A stretch of DNA of 64,000 nucleotides from the human T2T-CHM13v2.0 reference genome, Homo sapiens, in the NCBI RefSeq assembly GCF_009914755.1, contig NC_060948.1, one strand, 5' to 3'. Every line of letters starts with the position of its first letter. Within the stretch, counting starts at the first letter, position 1. Made by a program: the position numbers and the translations under genes. The notes under the pieces were generated by a model that saw only the letters and a list, made by a program, of their open reading frames with translations, was not told the origin of the DNA and searched no databases. Below are positions 48,001-59,229 of the stretch, piece after piece.

Positions 48001-50650
48001 TAAAGCAGGGCATCAAACTGAATGTCTACCAGTAAATATCTGGACAGAGGCTGTAGCTTCCAAAGTTATACCCTGGACCCAGGCTGAATTTCCAGCAATA
48101 AATCCCTGGACACAGCCTGTTTTTTATACAGCTACAACTTGGGCACAGGCTGTATCTGCAACAGTAAAGGCCTGGGCACAGCCTTCATCTAATACAATCA
48201 GATTATGGTCCCAAACTGAATCTGCAGCATTAATTACATGGATCCTGCCTGTATCTGAGACATACATAGGATTGATCCAATTTGAATCTTCAGCAGTAAA
48301 TCCTTGGATACTGCCTATATCTAATACATTATCACTGTGGACCCAGCCTGTATCTCTAGCAGTCAATCCATGGATAGAGGCAATAGCTACCAAGTCACCC
48401 CATGGATCAAAGCTTTACTTCTAGCAACAAATCCCTGGATACATTCTGTATCTGATATAGTTGCACTGTGGGTGCAGGCTGAATCTTCTGCAGTCATTAC
48501 CTCCACACAGCCAGTATCTGACAAAATTATACTGTGACTTCTGGCCCAGTCTCCAGTAGGAATTACCTGGACACAGACTGTATCTGATATACTTATATCA
48601 TGGAACTATGATGAAACTTCAGCAGAAAATCCAGAGGCATGCATGGGCTGAGAAACTGCATGGGCTGCAGTTTCCTCAGTGTTACCATGGACCCAGGGTA
48701 TCCCTTCAGCAGGAAAAACCTGGACACTACCTGTGTCCAAATCAATCACCCCATGATCTCAGTCTGAGTCTCCAGTGGTAAACACATGGACAGAGGCCAC
48801 AGCTTCCACAGACACAAAGTGGACTCATGATGATTTTCCAGATGCAAATTCTTATACACAGAGTGATATGGGCTCATTTTGGATGATGGTTAAAACTGAA
48901 GCTAAGAAACTCTAGGCACTGCCTGAAGCTAAAATATTTATAGAGTTTCCTTGCTGCCTTAACCTTATACTACGCAACTTTTGATCCAAGATGAAAATCA
49001 AGCATCTATTTTATGGACACATCATGAAATTGAAAATATCGATGAATGGACCTTGCCTGAGTTTGGAACACTTATATCCTGGATACTGGCTGTGCCTCAA
49101 GCAGCAAAACCATGGTCCCAACCTGAAGCTCAAGTTAAAGAACTTCGTTTAAAACTGGAACAGAAAAAATAAAACCTTGGGCTCAGTCAGAATTTCAAAC
49201 ATTGAGCACGTTTACTCCCTTTGGACCTGGTAAAATAGAATCCTGGGCCAAACAGAGAACTACAACATTTATAACATGGATCCAGTCTGAAATTGATGGC
49301 TTCTTCCTGTGTACCCAATCTGAAGTAGGTACAATGAGATCCCAGACCATTTCTGAAGCTCATACAGTAAAACTATGGATCCGGTCTGAAGCAGGCACAA
49401 TCCACCCCTGGACTCAAGGCAACATTAATACAATCATTGTCTGACACACTATTATATCTGGCTGAAATGCAGGCAGCAAAATGCTTGACCATGCCTGACA
49501 TTAATACTCTGAGTGCTTGGTTTCAGACCCAAAACAATGTAAGAAGAAGTGGTACTCAACTTTCTTCTCAAAGAGTTACTACCTGGATGAAGCCAGAATG
49601 GCAAATAATCCGCCCATTGAACCAATCTGAAAAGAATGCAGTCATACCCTGGACCCAGTCTGAAGGTGATGTTCTGAAACCTTGGATCTATGCTGAAACC
49701 AATACAGTCAGACACGAGACACATTCTGCAACTGATAAAATAGAGCAATGGACTGAGCCTGAATCTCAAGCAATTAGGATGTGGCATGAGGTAGGTATGG
49801 TGACATGTTGGTCCCCAACTCATAACGCTTCTGTTTGGCCCTGGACCCAACTTGGATCTCAAATGACACACTCCTAGATCCAGAATCAAGTTAGCATAAA
49901 TTATTCCTGGACTCAGCATGTACGTGCTACAATCAGACCATGGACTTACTCTGAAATTCATCCCTGGACCCACCCTGAAGACAATATAGTGATAAGATAC
50001 CTGTTCCAGACTCAAATGAATTCAGTAAGATCCTGGAACCAACCTGAAACTGAAGTTTTCCAAATTTGGACTGTAAGCCAAGGAATAAAGCCCTGAAACA
50101 TGACTGAAATTGATACAGTCACATCTTGCTTATAGACTTAATGTGATACAGTTAGACCCTGGATTCATCCTGAAAGTCAGCTGCTCTTTCCCTGGCCACT
50201 GACTGAAGTTGGTACATTTTGGACCTGGACTCAGCCAAGAGCTGCTACATATCAAACCTGGACCCACCTTGAAACCCAAGCAGTGAGACCCTCGATCGAG
50301 CAGGAAACTAATATAGTCAGATCTTCATTTTACATTCAAATGAATAAAGGCAGATCATGGGTTTATTCAAAATCTCAAACAGTCAGTCCCTGGATCCAGC
50401 TGGAAGTTGACATAATTCACCATTTTATCCAGTCTGAAACCTTCTTACTAAGATTCTGACCCAAGATTCTACCTCCAGTAGTCAAAACACGGACCTTGCT
50501 TATAGGAAGAACACTCGTATGTTGGATACTGCCTGTAACCCAAGCAGACAGACACTGTATCCAGTCTGAAGCTGATATTATTGAATCCTTTGCTATTTTT
50601 AAAGCGGGAAAAGTAAGAACATGGATCCAGCCTGAAACAGAAATACTAAG
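45100..50650 (+). repeat. Cryptic 33-bp (11-aa, Trp-periodic) coding repeat; 66-bp higher-order unit in the centre
   Basis: Translations show W every 11 residues, e.g. RFWNQPVTDKLRDWIQHEAYAFRLWGKFESVKVRSWTQAEDDTLRPWNQ; DNA motifs 'aatccctggacacag' and 'acagtcacaccatggacccaggctgaa' recur throughout. Confidence 0.92.
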
Positions 50651-52259
50651 ACCCATAAACCATTTTAAGGCTGATATAATTGCATCATTTTCTCCTCCTG
50701 AAATTGAGCCTAATGGAGAAACACTATTAACGAGTCATTTTGGCTCCTTGTCTAAACATGTGCTCTTTTTGCCAGTAAAAACTGTTTCTTACCCAGATCA
50801 GTATTTTATCTTTGTTAACTGAGATAACTGCCACCGAAAGCCAGGATAAAATCAATTCTCTCCAGTTGAGCCAGCGTACAAGTACTTGGTTTCCTGGAAG
50901 AGTGTTTACCAGCACTACGGCAGGAAATTAAAAATTATCCAGATAAAAGAAAGCCCTGATGTCCAGGTACCTCTCTTATCTCTCTTTCTTCCTCCATTTT
51001 CCTTCCTCTTTCTTATTCTCTTCCATCTCCATGTACACTGTGCCCTTCTTGTTCAGTCTTTTCTTCTTGTACATTCCCTTCATTCTTCATTTTCCCATCT
51101 TGCTCAGTTATTTATCCTCTGGTCTCCTCTCTTGTTCTCCTATCCATAGCCTCTTCTACTAATGTTCTTCAGAAAATATCTTCCTCAACATTTCCTGAAG
51201 AGTCCATTATTTCTCATTCTTTTTCATCCTTGCATGCTGCTGCAGCCACACTTTCAACAAAACAACTTCTCCTGATGCCTGGATTTCAATCTGGACCCAA
51301 TCCTGGACAAAAACCTCTTAAGCAATCAGAACTCAATGTTTCCCGGTTGAGTGTCAACTAGCTGTAATCTGGAAGTTTCCAGGCTTTCTGGCTCTTCAAG
51401 ACAGCTGTTATTTCTCATGAAACCACAGGCACCTTTAGACTAGTCATATGTGTGAGTTAATATACTTGCTACGAAGACTCTTGTTGAACCCTAAAACCAC
51501 AGTTTGTAAGATCAGAGGTTATGTCCTCAAACCTTTGCAAAACCAAAATTTAGATTATTGTATGAATCAGCAGAGATGTCTAAATATTGAGAGAATATCT
51601 TACTTTTGCCAAACAGGATTTATGGGCTATGTTTTATAAACACAATTCTATTCAGAGAAGAGTATTTTTAAGATAGTCTTACTTCTTAGAAATGGTTTAT
51701 TATTCCACTTGAAGTATATGAATATATACACCCACAACTGGATAATACTATAATATCTTGGATACAATAATAAGATATATTATATATTTATATATACATT
51801 AAATTATCATTTGAAGGGAAAGTATCCAAATAACCTCTGTAGCATATCTAAAATTGTAGCATGAATAATGTATATTTCCAAGTATTTTCTCAGAATTGAA
51901 GATACTGAATTTCCAAGAACATTCCTAAAAACCTAAAATTATATTTTATAAATAGGATAGTAGTAACACTAATCTCACTCTATTCCACATGTGTATTCCT
52001 TCTGCAGAGTGTGGATTATGCCCTGGCCATATCACCCACTGTCACAACCGCTGGGAGTCAGAAATTGGTGAATTCTCTTGAATAGTTTCTGTACAACGTT
52101 CTGTCTCCCATTTCTGTGCTGGCTCCATACTAAATGAACACTATTTCCTTACTACAGCTAGATGTGTCAATTTTATGTAAGTCTAAGAAATTTATCTTAA
52201 GATTAAGATATCATTATAAAGCAATAATAACATTGAGATTCTAAAGGAATATATTTACC

Positions 52260-52261
<2 letters not shown>

Positions 52262-52302
<41 letters not shown>

Positions 52303-52345
52303 CTATGTGACAGAAAGAGACAGAGAGAAAGAGAGATAGAGACAG
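52262..52345. repeat. (GT)n plus (GA)n microsatellite
   Basis: Seen directly. Confidence 0.92.
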
Positions 52346-52536
52346 GGTCTTGCTCTATTGCCCAGGCTGGAGTGCAGTGGCGTGATTCAGAGTAGCCTCA
52401 AACTACCAAGATTAAGGAGTTCTCCCACCTCTGCCTCCTGAGTTCATGGGACCACAGGCACATACCATTGCATCTGGCTAATTTTTTTTCAGCAGAAATA
52501 AAGTCTTATCATGTTGCCTACCTGGTCTCAAATGAT
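52338..52536 (-). mobile_element. Degenerate Alu fragment
   Basis: gacagggtcttgctctattgcccaggctggagtgcagtggcgtgat. Confidence 0.85.
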
Positions 52537-55316
52537 CCTTGAAAATAGTTTCTAAAGGAGTATTTGTACTTTAGTGCTTACCTGGACTTCATCTGATTCA
52601 CGTGACCTCCAGGGCTTTATTCAAATTGAAATGTAGAAATAATAAGACTTTTTCTTGACTTTTTTTTCCCCTGAAAAAACTCAGCAGCCCTGGCCCTGGT
52701 CCAAGTGGAGCTTAATCATCTTCTAGATTCTGCCCAAGCTCAGACTGTCAGCATTGACTGTGCCATACCCTACCTAGGTTCCAAGTGATTCTGTGACCTG
52801 GGTTGATCTTCCTGAAGCAGCCACCATATTTTCAACCCCTGGTCCTTCCTATATGCCTGAAGGAAAGTCTGGAACAGGAGAAATTTATACAACTATATGA
52901 CTGTTGGCTATCTAGTTGGTCCCTTATGTGGGCTGAGTAATGAAGAAGACAGTGGGATGAAAGAGAAGCATGTTTGGAAAGAGAATATTATTCTCTCTTG
53001 AATAATAAAGTATTTGTCTTTCTCTTCACCATATTCTCTCTCTAATCTAGGCTAAGTATGAAAACAAACACAAAAACCTCTTCTCTGTTTTCTATCAAGG
53101 AGTCCTGGAATTATGCAGAAACAGCACCTGAGCATCCTACAAGTCAGCACTTGTAACCAATTTTGCCCAAAACTAAATGAATTCACTTTTTGTGTGGAGG
53201 CCAAGAAAGCTACGTGGGAGCCTGGCTGTAAGTTGACAAATTCATGGGGTGTGAATGCCAGGGAGAAGAAGGAATATCTTGAACACCAAAAGTTACTTCC
53301 GGCCATCCTTCAAAATATTATTTCCTTGGAAATTGAGGGATCTCTTTTGGTCTCATGAATTAAATGTGCATTTAACCACAGCTATTTTATAGCTACCCCT
53401 ATTTCTATAGCTACAGTGAATAATATATTTAAAACATAAAGGAGGCCATAATTATTTGCTCACATCCTCCAAGTCTAATTCAAAGAAAACTACATGTAAG
53501 ATATTAGTTATGCTTCTAATTTCATCTCTACTTGCTTACCCTTTCTATAGACAGGTTATCTCTCTATATATATTCAGGAGCATTGCTTCAACTCAATTTT
53601 CTGAGGAACTCTAAAATCATTTCAAAAATATAAGCTCTTTTCTGAAACTCAAACTTGAATTTTCTATTTAAACTATTGGATTGGTATCTCACGAACACTA
53701 TACGTTTATGAAGATAAGCCCTCTCTAATTTAGAGACAGGTGCTTTATCTCCAGATTTTTCACTATTTATCTAATAGCTTCAAATCATTGCATTTTTTGT
53801 TGCCTATCTACTTCAATGACTTCTAAGTAGCTAAAATCATAGATAAATAAATGTTGCAATGGGGGAGAAAGCTGGAATGACTCCCAGTATTTTGACTAAA
53901 GAAACTTAAGCTAGGACATAAAGAAACTATGATCTTGGAAAGATAATAAGAACACTTATTTTCAAGAAAAATGCATAAACACAAAAGAGGTAGAAGTTTG
54001 TCCTTGCTAGTCATATTTCTCAATGCTGACTTGGTTAGCAGAAATAGGAGGGATTTAAAACTTTAAATAATGGTCTACAGATGGCAATTCTATTCAAATT
54101 AGCACATTAGCTTATTTTTCTCCTCAGCTTCAGCAGATCAGATTTCTCTGCAATATGCCATGCCTTGGTAGGCTGGGATCATCAGCTGTGGCAGTCAGGT
54201 CTGCAGTGGTTCCGTAGTTAGTAGCTCTTGGGTTCTCACAGCTGCCCACTATGTCAGGAACATGTAAGATTGTGCCTGCCTCTTCCAATACCCTGTAATT
54301 CATTATCCTATAATTACATTGCTGAAGGTTTCTGTGTCCAAATTCACTTCAATAATGCATGACCATCTCACTTCTACAGATATCATTTTTGTTTTAGGCT
54401 GAAAAGAAATTGCTTTACTGTGGCTTACTAGTACCTCTGTTAGTTAATTCCTCTGCAATCCCATTGTCTGTGGGATTTATTCATATATTTCTGATTTCTC
54501 TGAAGATGAGCTAGGGACCTTGTGTATCATGACTAAAAAATATGCTAGAAAGCCTGATGTACGTGTAAGGTTCAGGTTTTCTAATGAATGTACCACAATA
54601 AATCTTTGCCTATGCACACAGGAATCCTGAAGACACCGCTGTGATTCTGGGCCTGAGGCACCGTGGGGCATTATTGAGAGTTGTGAAGGTGTCTAGTATT
54701 CTATTGCATGAGAGGTTCCAGTTGGTCAGTGGGGCAGAAGGAATGACCTGGCATTACTACTCCTCCAAGATGTCCAGACTCCCATTTGGCTCTTAGCCCC
54801 CTTGGGCTATCTGAAGAACCTGAATAGTTCAGCATGCCGGCTCTCTGGGCCACAAATTATTACACCAGGTCAGTGGTTAGTTTTCTTATTTGGGTAGCAG
54901 TTCTAAAAAATGAGGTTCATATTTTTAATATTATGGTTCAAGGAAGAAGTACAATCACAATTGTATATATTACTAAGTGTAAGATATTTAATCCACATAA
55001 GAGACCCAATAGGAGATTTGTTTTCATTTTATAAGATGATGGCTCTGATGATAACTTCATAGGATTTTAGATCCGAAAACAATTACATGAGGATCTTTCC
55101 CTGTACAGTCAATTTTGTAAACTAAAGTAGAGATGATTTGCTTTCCAACTCTTTGCTGACTTCAAAACAAAGGAAAAAGGAGTTTTTTTGTTTGTTTTGT
55201 TTTTCCCTCTTTATGAAAATTAAACTGAACTTGACTTGGCGTTTAGAATTTCATAAGTAAAATTTACTTGTTACTTTTGAAGAGTGGCATTTAGAAAGTG
55301 ATTAAAGAGTGATGAT

Positions 55317-55618
55317 GCTGTCCGCAGTGGCTCACTCCTATAATTCTAGCACTCTGGGAGCTTGAACTAGGAGAATCCTTTGGGCCCAGGAATTTGATAC
55401 CCACTTGGGCAATATAGCAAGGCTTCATCACTAAAGAACAACAACAACAACAACAACAAATAGCCTGGTGTGGTGTTGCACACATGTAGTCCCAGCTACG
55501 TGGGAGGTTGAGACAGGAAGATAGCTTGAGACTGAGAGTTTGAGGCTGCAGCATGTGAAGGTGGTGCCAATGCACTCCAGCCTGTGTGACCACACAATAA
55601 CTTGTCTCAGAAAAAAAG
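55317..55618 (+). mobile_element. Old Alu with (CAA)n linker
   Basis: cagtggctcactcctataattctagcactctggga ... cactccagcctg. Confidence 0.85.
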
Positions 55619-55623
55619 AGAGG

Positions 55624-55922
55624 GGGCTGGTGTCGTCGCTCATGCCTGTACTCCCAGCATTTTGGGAGGTTGAGGCCAGCGAATAACCTGAAGTCAGGAG
55701 TTTGAGACCAGTCTGACCAACATGGGGAAAACCCATCTCTACCAAAAATATGAAATTAGGCAGGAGTGGTGGTGTGTGCCTGTAATCCCAGCTACTTAGA
55801 AGGCTGAGTCAGGAAAATTGCTTGAAACCAAGAGGTGGAAGTTGCAGTGAGATCAGGCCACTGCATTCCAGGCTGAGTGACAGAGTGAAACACCATCTCA
55901 AAAAAAAAAAAAAAAAAAAAAA
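55624..55922 (+). mobile_element. Alu SINE with long poly-A
   Basis: Full dimer directly after the previous Alu. Confidence 0.92.
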
Positions 55923-57698
55923 TGAAGTCACTAGAAAGAGAATGAAATTATTGGCTATAAACTGAATTTCTTTCTATAAGTTATACATACAAGTTTAAAG
56001 TAATAATGATACAGTGATAGACAATTCATGGTTTTATCTCAATACTTAGTGTTTAATTGTAAAATATGTTCTATAGGATAGCTATACTCCATTTTTCTTT
56101 CTAGGGGAGACTTATGAGAATCCAGAAATGTTAAAGACGCAACTAATGCAAGCTTCCATCTGTGCCCACCTGGATTCTGACATAGGCAGCTCCATTGTTT
56201 GCTTTGTTACTGAGGCCAAAGACTCTAATGCAAATGTGGTACACAGTCAAAAATTTTTTTTCTAGCTACTATAAAACTATAGTAACTAGTTTTATAGTAG
56301 TTCTATAGTGATAGAAACTATAACTTTGTTCCTATATACAAGGGTATACAGCATATGCCTAAATGATAAATTTAAGTGAATCATTGATTAACAGGAAACC
56401 ATTTTAAAAGTCTTCAATTGCAGAAAAAATCTCTGAAAACACTTTGTTGTTAATCTCTGAGTTTTCTTACATGGGTCACTAATCTCTAGCCATGCTAAAT
56501 TGCTGGCATGCTGCCCTTGAAACAAATTAGACATTTTATATAATTCTCATATTCTAATAATAGTATCTTTACACCTCAGAGTTTAAAATGAGTCTAACCT
56601 TTTCCTATTTCCCTAATTAAATAACTTTTTTAAAGTTTAATCTTCAGTGATTTTTTGTAGTAATACTTTTGAATGTATTTCATCAGGATGATTTACTTAT
56701 GTAGTTACCTGATGTCTCACTTTCTTCTGAATGCATATTTTTTATCCATTTATTAGATCTAAGTTTAAGAAGTTGGAATAGGGATTTAAATCCAAATTCT
56801 ACGTTTGAATTTACAGGAGTCAGTGAGTCTAGGAAGTGCCGTTATTTGTAGACCAATATCTGGCAATGGCAGTTGGAGACAAATAAGCTTCAATAGTCTC
56901 AAAGCCCTAGCTACTACAGTGAGTTCACACCTCTCCTGGGTCATATCTACTTCAGCAAAAGAAGGCCACCCACTAAACTAGGCCTTTATGCCTTGGGTGT
57001 AAACTCCTAAGTCCTCTAGTCTCCTTAAGCAGCCAACCACAGTGCCACTTACTTCAATAATAATTACTGCACCTCTGAGACTTTCGTAGCCTTGTGACTA
57101 TAACTAGTGATGCTAGAGTCTGGTCATAGTATGATAAAACACCAGAGCAATAAAAACAAAATATTGACTTAAGCCTCCTAAAATCTCTCTAAATATACCT
57201 TCAATAAATATGCTTTTTCTACATAACAACTGCTTTCTACTTACTTCCTGAACTAATGCTTGGCCTTGGATTATTTTCATTCTTGAAATTGATTCAAAAG
57301 TGTATATTTAACATGAGGGCGAATACAGAATTTCATATGTCAGCAAATAAAATTTTCAAAGTGATGCAAAATACAAATGTGAACTTGTGTTTGTGAACTT
57401 TACTATTCCTTCAAATTAAATGCTCATACCTACCCACTCACACAATTTTTTATAACTATCTGCATGTTCTTCTCAGGTGGGAGAAAACAGTATCAGAGTT
57501 CTTGAATAATTTATGGAAGTCAGAATGACAATACTATACAAGGTTTAACCTATTCACAATACTGTATTTAGTGAATGAAGACATGACTTTTAAAATCCTA
57601 CTAAAGTATTAAGTAAGTAAAATATATGATTTCAATAACTCTAAAATATGTGTACATGAAGAAAATAGATCAAGGATTAAAATACGTAAACAACAAAT

Positions 57699-58055
<357 letters not shown>

Positions 58056-59229
58056 TTAGAAAAAGTGCTCACAGGAAACTCACATATCTAACAGAAAAAA
58101 AAAAATTCTTGAAAACAAAAGTTCCAGAATGGGCAGATAAGAAAACAAATTTAACACTTTGCATATAAAGTACAAATAGTAAACTGAAAAGAACCACAGG
58201 GGAAAACCATTCAAAATTTACAACTAAGTACTCTAAAAGAAGCTGAAAGTCCCTCAAAAACTTTCTAGAGCCCATGTTCCTGTATTGCAAAAATGATCAT
58301 AAAATTTGCCAAGAGTAGAACAATAAAAATGTATCTTAAACCTTGATAAATACTTCAAGTCTCACATAAGATTTGTAATGGAAAATGGATCCTTCCGCAG
58401 GTTTTGCATACAATTATGAACAAACCATTTTTCTTTGTATTTAAATTGGCTTTTTCAATATTCTAAGAAATTAACTTTTATATTAATAGTAGGTGATGTA
58501 ACAAAGCAGGTCTTTATCAAGATAACTGACACTGGATATCCACACCATTACTCAGGTGGGCCTTAATTCCCAGTCAGGTTCCCTCCCTGGACACACACTG
58601 AAGGTCCACATCTATTTTGTAATCTCTTCACATTTACAGCCCTGGAGGAAGCTCTAAAATACATGTACATTCAGAAAATAGAACATTTCCTCACACTGGA
58701 GCCCAGTGTGGTCCTCCAGATTCCCTGTACAGTGGCCTGTCTTATCTGGGAAGGAAGGGCAGTGGGAGTGCAAGTGAGGATGGCAGAGAGGAGAATGCAT
58801 GTCAGGGGTGCCTGGGGTCATTAAAACAGAACATGACAGGCCTGGGAGAAACATTTTGAAAGGGTGTAGACCTAGATTGGCCTCAGGTGCACATCTGCTT
58901 GGAGAGGGAGAGGGCCCTGGTTGAGCTCAATCTGAGCCCCAGGTGGCAGCAGGCCTCAAGGCAGGGGAGGGAGCTGGTGAGTGATGATGAGACAGCTATC
59001 CCTTAAGCCCTGCTTCTCACTGACATTAGACACATATGCATTGTCGATGGCTTAGGGTTCCCCAATCCTAAAATGTGGGTGTTACAGTTCCCTGATGGGC
59101 CTTTCTTCCCAAACCGATGGTTGGCCTGGGATTGCTCACTGCAGTCTTCTCCATGATCCTTGAGTTCTCCATGCAGGGTACAGATCCATGACTCGAAGGC
59201 CTCTCAGTTCCCAGACCTAGGCTGCTCAC

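Larger units (their letters stand above)
43808..57154 (+). pseudogene. PRSSLY: Giant repeat exon plus two tandem trypsin-like domains; probable PRSSLY pseudogene
   Basis: Large decayed exon to ~51428. Domain 1 exons: 52008-52176 (ECGLCPG...GEFS*IVSVQ..SHFCAGSILNEHYFLTTARC), ~52674-52932 (LIFLKQP..FQPLVLPICL...DCWLSSWS), 53100-~53232 (QKQHLSILQVSTCNQF..LNEFTFC...GCK). Domain 2 exons: 54128-54263 (MPW*AGIISCGSQVCSGSVVSSSWVLTAAHY), 54622-54868 (ILLHERF...NDLALLLL), 56105-56238, and 56817-~57135 with AATAAA at 57149. The gene name is inferred from Y context plus architecture; the 5' boundary is uncertain. Confidence 0.75.

Noticed and set aside
50950-51250. Hydrophobic Phe/Leu/Ser ORFs as transmembrane peptides
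   Set aside because: Pyrimidine-rich low-complexity stretch gives hydrophobic translations in any frame; it is more simply a Ser/Pro-rich linker at the end of the giant exon.
58510-58654. Possible terminal exon of the minus TSPY-like gene
   Set aside because: A plausible acceptor exists (tgtattttag) but there is no recognisable protein homology, so it was left out of the gene model.
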